The notes under the pieces were generated by a model. That model was not told the origin of the DNA, made no database searches, and saw nothing but the letters and a program-made list of their open reading frames with translations. The translations under genes were made by a program, and so were the position numbers. 64,000 bases of DNA from NCBI RefSeq assembly GCF_964213995.1, contig NC_135830.1:5208001-5272000 (forward strand), written 5' to 3'. This stretch comes from Mustelus asterias. Taxonomy: Eukaryota. Positions 9,651 to 21,955 of the stretch are shown piece after piece (position 1 is the first letter of the stretch; each line of letters begins with the position of its first letter).

Positions 9651-10289
9651 TAAATATATATACGACAGCTGCCTCAGCCTTGGCCCACTCTAACACATGC
9701 ACGAAGCAGTGCTGACTATGTGGAAATGCTCAGATTAAAGTTTCCTGCCTTCTCTTTAACAGCGAGTGAAAATGTTTATCGGCTTGCAGACCTTCAAAGG
9801 AGTCAGTGTCTGCTATTTCAGCATGAACAGGCTAATCTTCACCTACGTAGGCCCCAGAACATTCTGCTTTTCGGCCTTCACCAGAGGGTGAGCAAGACCA
9901 GATTTCTCCATAACAAATACCAAAGGCGAGATATGGGGATATGCTATGCAAATAAAAGATTAGCAGAAGTCAATTTTGAACGCGAAAGGGCGAAAAGCTA
10001 GGATTTAATTGGCGAATATGTCCGTCAATGAAGGATTAGAAACATTCCTGGTTTCTGATTTGCTGTAATTGACTATTATTGCCAAGTTATTTTTCTGTAA
10101 CATCAGAACCACTTGCGGGACAGCTGCACAGGGTTTCTCCTTGTGCACAAGTTATTAAAGGGCCCACATTGGATTATGCCTGGTGTCCAGTGCTGTTTGT
10201 ACTCAAGTTGACTAAGAATGCTTAAAGTTGCTGGTACCCAGGATCTCTGACAACTCTCCCTAACCAGACCTTGATTACCCAAAGGTTGG

Positions 10290-10502
10290 CCAAATCCTCT
10301 CCAGTAACTTACCCGCCACTGTTGTCAGGTTCACCGGCCTGTAATTACCAGGCTTCTCTTTGCAACCCTTCTCCAACAATGGAATAACATTAGCCACACT
10401 CTAGTCTTCCAGAACTTCACCAGTGGAAAGGGATGAAGCAAATATTTCTGCAAGAGCCTCTGCAATTTCTTCCCCAAACTCCCACAAGATCAGAGGATGC
10501 AC
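10290..10502 (-). mobile_element. CR1 ORF2 fragment
   Basis: Minus-strand translation VANVIPLLEKGCKEKPGNYRPVNLT. Confidence 0.8.
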
Positions 10503-10900
10503 TTGATTTGATTTATTATTGTCACATGTACTAGTATACAGTGAAAAGAATTGTTTCTTGCACACTATCAAGACAAGGCATACAGTTCATAGAGAAGGAA
10601 AGGAGAGAGTGCAGGATGTAGTGTTACAGTCATAGCTAAGGTGGACAGAAAGATCAACTTAGTGCGGGGTAGGTCCATTCAAAAGTCTGATGGCAACAGG
10701 GAAGAAGCTGTTCTTGAGTTGGTTGGTACGTGAGCTCAGACTTTTGTTTCATTTCCCAAAGGAAATAGGTGGAAGCGTGAATGTCCGGGGTGCGAGGGTT
10801 GATTATGCTGGCTGCTTTTCCGAGGCACCCGGATGTGTACACAGAGTCAATGGATGGGAGGCAGGTTTGGGTGATGGACTGGGCTTCATTCACAATCCTT
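10503..10900 (-). mobile_element. Rex1/Babar-like LINE 3' end
   Basis: Nearly identical to the 3' end of the 18158-19712 element; (TCAAA)n-type tail. Confidence 0.7.
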
Positions 10901-13025
10901 TGAGGAATCCTTTGTTGAGAAAAGCATGGATGTTAGGGAACTTGAGGAAATAAATAGTGATGTCTTCAGGAGTGCACATGTAACAGAGAAGGAGGTGCTG
11001 GAAGTCTTAAAGTGCATCAAGGTAGATAAATCCCCGGGACCTGATGAAGTGGATCCCAGGACATTGTGGGAGGCTAGGGAGGAAATTGTGGGTCCCCTAG
11101 CAGAGATATTTGAATCATCGATAGTCACAGGTGAGGTGCCTGAAGATTGGACGGTGGCAAATGTTGTGCCTTTGTTTGAGAAGGGCTGCAGGGAAAAGCC
11201 TGGGAACTACAGGCCGGTGGGTGAGCCTCACATCTGTAGTGGCTGAGTTGCTTGAAGGAATTTTGAGAGACAGGATCTACAGGCATTTAGAGACGCAAGG
11301 ACTGATTAGGGACAGCATGGCTTTGTGAGTGGAAAATCATGTCTCACAAATTTGATTGAGTTTTTTAGAACTTAGAACATAGAAAAAAATACAGCACAAA
11401 CAGGCCCTTCGGCCCACAAGTTGCGCCGGTCATGTCCCTACCTACCTAGGCTTATATATAGGCTTACCTATAACCCTCAATCCTATTAAGTCCCATGTAC
11501 TCATCCAGAAGTCTCTTAAAAGACCCTATCGAGTTTGCCTCCACCACCCTGACGGCAGCCGATTCCACTACCCATCACCCTCTGAGTGAAGAACTTACCC
11601 CTGACATCTCCTCTGTAGCTACTCCCCAGGACCTTAAACCTGTATCCTCTCATAGCAGCCATTTCAGCCCTGGGAAAAAGCCTCCGAGAATCCACTCGAT
11701 CTATACCTCTCAACATCTTGTACACCTCGATCAGGTCACCTCTCATCCTTCGACTCTCCAAGGAGAAAAGACCGAGCTCCCTCAACCTATCCTCATAAGG
11801 CATGCCAACCAATCCAGGCAACATCCTTGTAAATCTTCTCTGCACCCTTGCAATCATTTACACATCCCTCCTGTAATGAGGTGACCAGAACTGAGCACAG
11901 TCCTCCAAGTGGGGTCTGACGAGGGTCTTATGAAGCTGCATCATTATCTCCCAACTCCTAAACTCAATCCCTCGATTGATGAAGGCCAGCACACCATACG
12001 CCTTCTTAACCACCTCCTCTACCTGCGAGGCCGATTTAAGAGTCCTATGGACCCGGACCCCAAGGTCCTTCTGATCCTCTACACTGCTAAGAGTCTTACC
12101 CTTGATATTATATTTTTGAAGGGGTAACCAAGAAGGTAGATGAGGGCAGTGCAGTTGATGTTGTCTACATGGACTTTAGCAAGGCCTTTGACAAGGTACC
12201 ACATGGTAGGTTGTCGCAGAAGGTTAAATCTCACAGGAGCCAGGGTACGGTAGCCAAATGGATACAAAATGGGCTTGATGACAGAAGATAGAGGGTGGTT
12301 GTGGAGGGTTGTTTTTCAAACTGGAGGCTTGTGACCAGCAGTGTGCCTCACGGATCGGTGCTGGGTCCTCTGTTATTTGCCATTTATATTCATGATTTGG
12401 ATGGGAATATAGGAGGCATTGTTATTAATTTTGCAGATGACACCAAGATTGGTGGCATATTGGACAGTGAAGGTTATCTAGGATTGCAACAGGATCCTGG
12501 TCAATTGGGCCAGTGGGCTGATGAATGGTAGATGGAGTTAAATTTAGATAAATGCAAGGTGATGCATTTTGGTGGATCGAACCAGGGCAGGACTTACTCA
12601 GTTAATGGTGGGACTTGAAGAGAGCTATAGAATAAAGAGATCCAGGAGTACAGGTTCATAGCTCCTTGAAAACGGAGTCACAGGTGGACAGAATGGTGAA
12701 GAAGGCATTCAGCATGCTTGGTTTCATTGGTCAGAACATTGAATACAGGAGTTGGGACGTCTTGTTGAAGTTGTAAAAGACATTGGTAAGGCCACACTTG
12801 GAATACTGTGTCCAGTTCTGGTCACCCTATTGTAGAAAGGATATTATTAAACAAGAAAACGTGCAGAAAAGATTTACTAGGATGCTACCGGGACTTGATG
12901 GTTTGAGTTATAAGGCTGGATAGACTGCGACTTTTTTCTCTGGAGCGTAGGAGGCTTTGTAGTGACCTTATAGAGGTCTATAAAATAATGAGGGGCATAG
13001 ATCAGCGAGATAGTCAATATCTTTT
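10900..13025 (+). mobile_element. Degenerate CR1 LINE ORF2 (RT domain), interrupted by a nested opposite-strand CR1
   Basis: KSPGPD, VANVVPLF, GNYRPV, GSVLGPLLF and FADDTK motifs. Confidence 0.9.
11368..12110 (-). mobile_element. CR1 LINE 3' fragment nested in an older CR1
   Basis: [13 protein letters not shown]...RRMRGDLIEVYK; the host sequence GAGTTTTTT|GAAGGGGTAACC is split around it. Confidence 0.88.
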
Positions 13026-13213
13026 CCCATTCCATTGTGACCTCACACTCCGACCCATTCCATTGTGACGTCACACTCCCACCCATTCCATTGTGACGTC
13101 ACACTCTCACCCATTCCATTGTGACGTCACACTCTCACCCATTCCATTGTGATGTCACACTCTCACCCATTCCATTGTGATGTCACACCCTCACCCATTC
13201 CATTGTGACGTCA
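13026..13213. repeat. 28-bp minisatellite x7 containing CRE palindromes (CCCATTCCATTGTGACGTCACACTCTCA)
   Basis: Seven tandem units; four have an intact TGACGTCA. Confidence 0.95.
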
Positions 13214-13239
13214 GGGCTTCACTCTCCGGTCACAATCCC

Positions 13240-13830
13240 TGCCGGTCTCCCACATGCAGCCTCAATGGCGGCAGTCAGCCCGGGTCTAACACTACAAGCT
13301 GCCGCTCCATTTGGTACAAAGGGGGGGAACCGGGAAGTTCATTTCCGGGGTTTGGGTTTGAACAACATGTTTACAAAGTCTCTCCACCCACCCGCCACAT
13401 TTATCATTCCCCGCACGCCGCCCTCTACCTCGTATTGATCTCGGTTCCGAGTCAAAACCATCCATCCGTCGCCATTACCGGCACTGCGCATGCTTCAGGT
13501 CGCGCCCCCCATTCACTCCGATTGGTTGGAGGACCAGCCGCTCCCGCTCGGTCCTCCAGCCCCGCCCCCTCTTCCTATTGGTCCGAGCTGCCGTCAATCA
13601 GTCCCCGGGCATTGTGATGTGGAGCATGCGCAGTGTCATTGCTGTCCTTGGCGCTTGTTTGTCCCGGAGAAGCGGAGTCAGCGTTAGGCGGTGGCTGGGA
13701 GGATTTGGAAACACTTTGTGGATCCGCAAACCCTTCAGAATCATTGTCAGCTCCCTGGTTTGCAGCTGCGGGGCTTCTCCCTCCCTCCCTCCCGGGAACA
13801 GGCCCAGGTTAACGGCCCCATCCTGGCTCA
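13240..13830. promoter_or_regulatory. P3: bidirectional promoter between head-to-head Z2 (-) and Z3 (+)
   Basis: Inverted copy of P1; minus-strand first exon ends AG|GTAGAG at 13429/13428. Confidence 0.7.
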
Positions 13831-14631
13831 GCCACTGGAGGATGGTTCACATCAGAGGATGGGGGAGGGGGACAATAAATAAGAGGTTACACTTTGGCCT
13901 CAAATCAATGAGGACTCTGATCTCTGGGAAGGAAGGAAACCCTGGGAGGTGGGCGGGGAGGATTCACAAACACCCGCTGGAGGCCCCAACACCCCCAATA
14001 AGACCCATTGGTTTTATTGTCAGTCTGCAGACAGGAGCTGGAGAACTGAACCCAGACAGAGGAGAGGGAGGGAGAAAACTGGGAGTGGAGGAAAGAGATG
14101 GTGAGATGGGTTTGGATTTCAGCCCAGGGAGGAGGGAGAGAGAGTGGGTGGGACGGGGATTTACAGATTTGGGGGAACAAGAGAGGAAAAAATGTTCCTG
14201 ACAAACTAGAATTGTCTGTTCAGAGTTTCTATCCTGTTCTGACAGTGATGACTTTTCTGAACTGTTTTTACAGGATATTGGAAGTGAAAGAATGGCAGAC
14301 AGAAAACTCAAACCGAACATCATAACTGGCAAAGTCATTCAGTTCCTTCAGAGCTGAATATCATCGGTCTTTGAATTTGGAAAGAGAAATATTTGTCTGT
14401 TCTGCCTGTGGGCAAAGAAATTAAACATCACTGTGACTGGAAAAGCATCGAGACAAACACACACCCGAGTGAGAGTGTTCCAGTGAACTGCATGTGGATA
14501 GATCTTTAACCAGTTACACAGCCTGAAAAAACATCACAGTTCACAGCAGGGTGAAACTACGTGTATGTTGTGTGTGTGGATGAGGCTTGAACTGATCATC
14601 CAACCTGGAGAAACACAAGGGCACCAGCACC

Positions 14632-15444
14632 ATGGAGAAACCGTGGAAATGTGTGGAGTGCGGGAAAGGAATCAGTTTCCCATCACAACTGGAAGTTCAT
14701 CGGCGCAGTCACACTGGAGAGAGACCGTTCACCTGCTCTGTTTGTGGGAAGGGATTCACCCATTCATACAACCTTCTGACTCACCAACGGGTTCACACTG
14801 GGGAGAGGCCGTTCACCTGCCCTGTCTGTGGGAAAGGATTCACTCGCTCATACCACATTGTGACACACCAAGTTGTTCACACTGATGAGAGACTGTCTCC
14901 ATGTTCTGACTGTGAGAAGAGTTTTAAATGCAAAAAAGATCTGCTGACGCACCAATATACTCACACTGGGGAGAGGCCATTCACCTGCTGTGTGTGTGGG
15001 AAGGGATTCAGCCGCCCATCTGGCCTACTGAACCACCAGAGAATTCACACTGGGGAGAGGCCCTTCACCTGCTCAGACTGTGGGAAGGGATTCATTAATT
15101 CATCCAATCTTCTGATACACCAGCAGCTCCATACAGGGGATAGACCGTTCACCTGCTCTGGATGTGGGAAGAAATTCACCCGTTCATACAACCTTCTGAC
15201 ACACCAGCAGGTTCACAGTGAGGAGAGGCCATTCACTTGCTCCGTGTGTGGGAAGGGATTCACTCGTTCATCCAATCTATTGAATCACCAGCGAGTTCAC
15301 ACTGGGGAGAGGCCATTCACCTGTAACGTCTGTGGAAAGGGATTTATTCAGTCATCCCACCTGCTAACACACCAGCGAGTTCACAAGGGACTGCAAGGTT
15401 TGGATTCTACACTTATTGATGCTGTTAATCATATCCAGGTCTGA
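14632..15444 (+). CDS. Z3: C2H2 zinc-finger protein, 9 fingers, 270 aa, inverted paralog of Z1
   Basis: Intact ORF, exon acceptor at 14274, same N- and C-termini as Z1. Confidence 0.9.
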   Translation: MEKPWKCVECGKGISFPSQLEVHRRSHTGERPFTCSVCGKGFTHSYNLLTHQRVHTGERPFTCPVCGKGFTRSYHIVTHQVVHTDERLSPCSDCEKSFKCKKDLLTHQYTHTGERPFTCCVCGKGFSRPSGLLNHQRIHTGERPFTCSDCGKGFINSSNLLIHQQLHTGDRPFTCSGCGKKFTRSYNLLTHQQVHSEERPFTCSVCGKGFTRSSNLLNHQRVHTGERPFTCNVCGKGFIQSSHLLTHQRVHKGLQGLDSTLIDAVNHIQV

Positions 15445-15844
15445 ATCATGTTCACTCTGACTTTTTTCTTCTGTTGAGGTTTGATATTCTGAATAAATGT
15501 GAAATAGACATTTGATTGAATCATTGTTGTCAATTTTTGTCTTTTCCATTTAAGTGTTTAACGTCACCAGGCTGGAGCTCAGAAAGGGAAATCTGAGGGA
15601 GGATCATACAGTAGGAACAGAACTTCATTCTTGACCCAGTCCTTCAGGGTCACGCTGAGAGGGACAAACAGCACTTTGTTCTTTTTCGTCACTTTTCACT
15701 GACAACAAAGTCCCCGTGTGGGTGAATCTTGAGGAGTGTAAGAAATGTGTCCCAGTCGTTCTTTTCCATGGTTCAGAGCTCCTAGACACGGAACAGAAGC
15801 TCCTTCACAACTGTGTTTAGAGTCAGGAAGAACAATGGTGAATG

Positions 15845-15947
15845 CACCCAGAGGAAACACACATAGACACAGGGAGAACGTGCAAACTCCACACAGATAG
15901 TGACCCAAGCTGGGAATTGAACCCGGGTCCCAGGCGCTGTGAAACAA
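15845..15947 (-). mobile_element. HE1-type V-SINE fragment
   Basis: GTGTGGAGTTTGCACGTTCTCCC core on the minus strand. Confidence 0.75.
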
Positions 15948-16166
15948 CTGCCCCTCAATGTTGGTCTTGGAAATAGGGCAGTGCTGACCCAGTCAGTTCT
16001 GGAATGTAAGTGGTCAGTTATCCTATTTACAGCAGCACAGCCACACCAGAAAGAGACCATTCAGGTATGTTGTGTGTGTAAATGGATTTATTCATTTTCC
16101 CCTTCTGTTAACATATTTAAAAGTTCAAAGGATTTGATCAACCATGAGTTCATTCTTATTTTCAAG

Positions 16167-16169
<3 letters not shown>

Positions 16170-16216
<47 letters not shown>
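16170..16216. repeat. (GT)n microsatellite
   Basis: Direct observation. Confidence 0.98.
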
Positions 16217-16217
<1 letters not shown>

Positions 16218-16439
16218 AGAGGGGGTGGATGGTAAATCAATCAGTTTGTTACACCAGCTGACACTCCAAGGAGTTCATCTTCAGATGTAGACGTTTGTTC
16301 CGCTATTAATTAAACTCAGGACAGAGCTGTGGTGCCTGTTGACATTAGCTGCTGTATTAGTTATTTGCATTTTATACCTTGGTGCTTTGGCTTCAGTTGT
16401 AATTGAATCACAAAACATAATTTTTTAATATGCAATAAC

Positions 16440-16830
16440 ATACTTCAATGGTGGCTATCTTACCCAGCATTCACAGTGAATCAGAATATGATCTATCCTT
16501 ACAACAGACTTTGCGCACGCGCATTGTAGATCCAAAGTGCATGCGCAGTGGATGTTGCTGCCGCAGTAGCAGCAGGGCGGTTATATCGGCTCCGGGTTTC
16601 CAGGGAAACGGCTTATTCTGGAGGGTAATGCAGGCGGTGGGGTGGGTGGGTGGGTGGGTGGGGCTTCATAAGCACCCAGTGGAGACAGGAGAACCCGAAT
16701 AATAACTGCTCAGTGCCGCGTTCCAACCATTCGGGGCCGCGACCGCAGATGCCGAGTTGGAGGCCCCGAGTTGACGGAGACCATCTTTCTCGGAGCGATG
16801 GGCAATAGCGCGCATGCGCGCTGCTCCCTG
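16440..16830 (+). promoter_or_regulatory. P4: CpG-rich promoter, probably for Z4
   Basis: Several GCGCATGCGC-like sites, TACCCAGCATTC (ZNF143-like), GTTTCCAGGGAAAC X-box-like palindrome; homologous to P5. Confidence 0.6.
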
Positions 16831-17235
16831 TCAGCAGGAGGAGAGAATGTTGTGAATTTCTCTCCTGGACTGACAGGGATGGACTTTGGAAACTCCTTTT
16901 ACAGGGAGTTAGAAGGGGAGGATTTACACACAGAAAACTCAACCCAAGAGAAATGTTTCTCACTTAATTTCTATTCTTGACTGACAGTGATGATCTTTTT
17001 TTACAGGAAATTTGACGACAAAATTTGAAGGGAAACTCAAACCAGACATCAGATCAAAACCTGCCAGAGTCACTCCATTCATCAGAACCTGATTGTAAGT
17101 GTGTCTGTAGAAAAAGATTCAAACATCTGTGTGACTGGAAATACGGAACAATAATGTCATGGAAGGATTTGCAAAAAAAGATGCAATGTTTTAAATTGAG
17201 TTGTTTAACTGGGAGCCTGTGTGGGTCAGTGTTTT

Positions 17236-17480
17236 AAACTTTATTTATTAGTGTCACAAGTAGGCTTAGCCTATATTAACACTGCAAGTTCCTGTAAAAT
17301 TCCTCTAGTTGTCACACTCCGGCACTTGTTCGGGTCAATGCACCTAACCAGCAAGCCTTCCTGACTGTGGGAGGAAACCCATGCAGACATGGGAAGAATG
17401 TGCAGACTCCACACACACAGTCACCCAAGCCATGAATTGAACCCACTGTGAGGCAGCAGTGCTAACCACTGCAGCCCCAT
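17236..17480 (-). mobile_element. HE1-type V-SINE
   Basis: tRNA-like head, V-domain and AATAAATAAAGTTT-type tail. Confidence 0.85.
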
Positions 17481-18157
17481 GGTGAGGACATGGTGATGGG
17501 TGAGTGTGTGGGACTTGATGCAGAGGACAGGGGTTTATATACAGCAACGTTTTTCATGGGTTAAATGAGGGACACTGACAGTCAAGTCTAAAGAAAATAA
17601 AGGAATGAATGAAAGTTCTAGAAACCTCAGCTGAGACAGGGATTTAGCGAAACTCAAGTTGGTAATGAATAGATGAGGCTGTCCAGTCAAGTCAGGAGGG
17701 AATGCATGAAATTTTCAGAAACAACACTAAGACAGGGCCAGGGTGAGCCATGTTAGGGGGATATGTTATCTACAGGAGGGGCGGAAGGTAACTTATTCCA
17801 CATTGATTTCTCATCTCACATCTGTCTGTGACCAGAAAGATGTTTTTGATTTGATTCGTCCTTTATAAGCAGTGGCATACGACCCAATACTTCAAGGCTT
17901 ACTCCTGCTCGTAATTCATACATCCGTATGTATGTTCACTAATGTCCTTTAGGGAAGGAAATGGGTACGATGGCTATAGAGGGATATGGGCCAAATGCGG
18001 GCAATTGGGACTAGCTTAGGGGTTTAAAAAAAGGGGTGGCATGGACAAGTTGGGCCGAAGGGCCTGTTTCCATGCTGTAAACCTCTATGACTCTAAGTGA
18101 GAATTAACTTTAGTTTACTCACAGACACTCCAAATGTGGTAACTCAATGTTGCACCA

Positions 18158-19712
18158 TTTGATTTGATTTATTATTGTCACACAAAGTTTATTTATTAGT
18201 CACAAGTAGGCTTACATTCAGACTGCGATGAAGGTCCTGTAAAAATCCCCTCGTCGCCACACTCTGGCACCTGTTCAGAGGGAGAATTTTAGCACGGCCA
18301 ATTAACCTCACCTGCACATCTTTGGACTGTGGGAGGAAACCAGAGCTTCCGGAAGAAACCCATGCAGACACAGGGAGAATATGCAAACTCCACACAGACA
18401 GTGAGCCAAGCCGGGAATCGAATCTGGGTCCCCAGTGCTGTGAGGCAGCAGTGCTAACCACTGTGCCACCATGTATTAGTATGAAGTGAAAAGTATTGTT
18501 TCTTGCATACCATAGATAGAGGAAGAAAGGAGAGAGTGCAGAATGTTGTGTTACAGTCATAGCTAGGGTGTAGAGAAAGATCAACTTAATGTAAGGTAAG
18601 TCCATTCAAAAGTCTGACAGCAGCAGGGAAGAAGCTGTTATTGAGTCGATTGGTACGGGACCTCAGACTTTTGTATCTTTTTCCCGATGGAAGAAGTTGG
18701 AAGAGAGAATGTCCGGGGTGTGTGGGGTCATTGATTATACTGGCTGCTTTTCTGAGGTTGCGGTAAGTGTAGACAGAGTCAATGGTTGGGAGGCTGGTTT
18801 GCGTGATGGACTAGGCTTCGGTCATGACCCATTGTAGTTTCTTGCGTTCTTGGACAGAGCAGGAACCACGCCAAGCTGTGATACAACCAGAAAGAATGCT
18901 TTCTATGGTGTATCTATAAAAGTTGTTGAAAGTCATAACGGACATGCCAAATTTCCTTAGCTTCCTGAGAAAGCAGAGACATTGGTGGGCTTTCGTAATT
19001 GTAGCATTGGCTGGAGGGACCAGGACAGTTTGTTGGTATCTGGTCACCTAGAAACTCAGCTCTCGACCATTTCCACTTCATCTCTGTTGATGTAGACAGG
19101 GGCATGTTCTCCTTTACGATTCCTGAAGTCGATGACTATCTCCTTCATTTTGTTGACATTGAGGGAGAGATTATTGTCACCAGTTCACCAGATTCTCTGT
19201 CTCATTCCTGTCTCTGTCTCATCATTGTTTGAGAAATGACTCACTGCGGTGGTGTCATCAGCAAACATGAAAATCAAGTTGCGGGGGAATTTGGCCACAC
19301 AGTCATAGGTGTATAAGGAGTATAGTAACGGGCTGAGGACACAGCCTTGTTGGGCACCGGTGTTGAGGATGATTGTGGAGGAGGTGTTGTTGCTTATTCT
19401 TACTGATTGCAGTCTGTGTGTTCGGAAGTCTTGGATCCAGTCGTAGAGAGAGGAGCTAAGCCCCAGGCCACGGAATTTGGAGATGTGTTTCGTAGGAATA
19501 ATGGTGTTGAAGGCTGAGCTGTAGTCAATACATAGGAGTCTGAAATAGGTGCTTTGTTATCCAGGTGGTTCCAGGGTTGAGTGCAGGGCCAGGGAGGTGG
19601 TGTCTGCTGTGGACCTGTTGTGGCAGTAGTGAACTGTAGTGGATCCAGGCAGTCTGGGAGGCCGGACTGATTTGTGCCATGACTAACCTTTCGAAGCACT
19701 TCATAATGATGG
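18158..19712 (-). mobile_element. Rex1/Babar-like LINE (RT plus 3' end) with a nested V-SINE
   Basis: Translations [20 protein letters not shown] and LRKLRKFGMS...TIESILSGCITAW. Confidence 0.8.
18184..18470 (-). mobile_element. HE1-type V-SINE inserted in the Rex1 3'UTR
   Basis: Full head-to-tail SINE splitting the host sequence ATTGTCAC|ATGTATTAGT. Confidence 0.88.
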
Positions 19713-20029
19713 ATGCATTCATACATAGAAGATGGACAGAGAAAGGAAAGATTTACAGTGCAGAGATCACAGAGAACAATTGTGTTTCACATGATCCAGA
19801 ATCAAAATGTCGCTTTTGGGAGAATGAGGTGTGAGTTTCTTTGTGTCTCCCAGATTGCTCCATTTGTTCAGGGGTCAGAGACACTCACAGATTCAGCTAT
19901 TTCTCCCATTTTAATAATTTTAGAAATAGCTATGAGGATATCAATACATGTTTTCAAAGAAGTATGCAGTGTGAGGTCCCAGCCCCCTCACCGATGGAAA
20001 CCCATTCTTGGAGATGGGACAGGTGTGTG

Positions 20030-20420
20030 GTTGGAAGGGCATCGAGGGGGTGAGACCCAGGGTAATGTTCTGGGAACCGAGGTTCAAATCCTGCCACGGC
20101 AGGTGGTGGAATTTACATTTAATAAAAGTTTAAATTTGAAAAGCTAATGATGAGCAAAAAACCATTATTGATTATCATTAAAGCCCATTGGGTTCACTAG
20201 TGCTGTTTAGGGAAAAACAAATCTGCCATCTTCACCTGGTCTGGCCTACATGTATCTCCAGATCTGCAATGTGGTTGAATCTTAAATTCCCTCTGATATG
20301 ACACAGCAAGCCACTCAGTTATACCCAACTGGTACAAAGTTACTAAAAAGGTATGGAAATGGGCAGACCAGGCATAGGCCTTGGCACGGGAAACAGCCTT
20401 GTCGACCCTGCAAAGTCAGA
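20030..20420 (+). mobile_element. Deu-SINE (SacSINE1-like)
   Basis: Homology to 1030-1389. Confidence 0.7.
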
Positions 20421-21109
20421 CTTAGAAAATAAATATTTGAACCTGGTTGTAAACAGCCTGCTTCAGCATCAGAGTGGGATGGTGTCAGTGTCCACGGGGT
20501 GGAGTTTGTAGCACGGACTGAAGACAATTGTTTCATGTTTCTCACTCTTTAAATGGAGGAAACTTCTCCTAATCCAGGACAGGATCTCAGTCCAGTCGCG
20601 ATGCTGTGTGACTTTGAGGTGATGATGTTCACATTCACCTGTGAACCTGGTCTTTCTAAATGGTGGAGGTTGAGGGTTTGGGAGTTTCTGTCTGGTTGTA
20701 GATGTATCCACTCCTTCACCTCTTCTCCTCCCACATCTCTTAATCCCGCCCATCCGCTGCCTCTTCACATTGAAGCTCTGGTCTTGTATAGGTTCAGACT
20801 GGCTCAAAGGTTCCCTTCCCTGAAGGACATTAGTGAACCAGTTGGGTTTTTGTGACAATCCATCAGTTTTCTTGGTCTCTTTTTCCCAGTGCCGGCCCCA
20901 CAAATTACCAGATTCATTCAGCTCAATTTCACAACCTGCCTTTGTGTTTTTGTGGGTTCTCTCTCACTCTCTTTTTTTCTTTTTTAAATCAATTTCACAG
21001 CATATTCAAAGGTGAGGATTTGCAGTCGGAAAACTGAAACCAAACATCACATCAGGATCAGACAGAGTCGCCCAATTTATCGTAATATGCGTATCATTGG
21101 ATTTTGAAC

Positions 21110-21955
21110 ATGGAAGGAAAAAGCACCGCTCACAGTGAGGAGAAACTGTACACGTGTTCCGTGTGTGGACGAGGATTCAGCCGTTTATCTGCCCTGTCAA
21201 AACATAAATGCAGTCACAACGGAGAGAAATTGTGGAAATGTGAGTATTGTGGCAAGGGATTCAGTTCCCCATCAGAGCTGGAAATTCATCGACGGTGTCA
21301 CACTGGGGAGAGACCGTTCACCTGCTCCGAGTGTGGGAAGGGATTCACTCAGTTGTCCCACCTGGTGAGACACCAGCGAATTCACACTGGGGAGAGACCG
21401 TTCACCTGCTCTGTGTGCAAGGTGGGATTCACTCAGTCAGCCCACCTGGTGTCACACCAGCGAGTTCACACTGGGGAGAGACCATTCACCTGCTCCGAGT
21501 GCAAAATGGGATTCACTCAGTCAACCCACCTGGTGACACACCAGCGAGTTCACACTGGGGAGAGACCATTCACCTGCTCCGAGTGTGGGAAGAAATTCAG
21601 CCGGTCGTTTCACCTTCTGATTCACCAGCGAATTCACTCTGGAGAGAGACCATTCACCTGCTCTGAGTGTGAGAAGGCATTCATTACATCAACAGAACTG
21701 TTGACACACCAGCGGATTCACACTGAGGATAACCCGTTCACCTGCTCCAAATGTGGGAAGAAATTCGCTAACTCTTCGAACCTGATCTGCCATCAACGGA
21801 TTCACACTGACGAGAGACCTTTTAAATGCCCAGACTGTGGAAAGTGCTTTAAAAGTTTTGGGAACTTGATGACCCATCAACGGGTTCACACTCGAGTCCG
21901 TTCGGATGCTTTCACCGTGGGACTGAGTTCAGACAATCATCTCCTCTCACTGTAA
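21110..21955 (+). CDS. Z4: C2H2 zinc-finger protein, 9 fingers, C-terminally frameshifted
   Basis: ATG (MEGKST) at 21110, exon acceptor at 21001; two further finger remnants out of frame at about 21898-22045. Confidence 0.85.
   Translation: MEGKSTAHSEEKLYTCSVCGRGFSRLSALSKHKCSHNGEKLWKCEYCGKGFSSPSELEIHRRCHTGERPFTCSECGKGFTQLSHLVRHQRIHTGERPFTCSVCKVGFTQSAHLVSHQRVHTGERPFTCSECKMGFTQSTHLVTHQRVHTGERPFTCSECGKKFSRSFHLLIHQRIHSGERPFTCSECEKAFITSTELLTHQRIHTEDNPFTCSKCGKKFANSSNLICHQRIHTDERPFKCPDCGKCFKSFGNLMTHQRVHTRVRSDAFTVGLSSDNHLLSL

Noticed and set aside
14215-14273. CTGA...GTGATGA motif before each acceptor, read as a C/D-box snoRNA
   Set aside because: The box order is wrong for terminal C/D boxes, and CTGAC lies about 30 nt from the AG, so a branch point explains it
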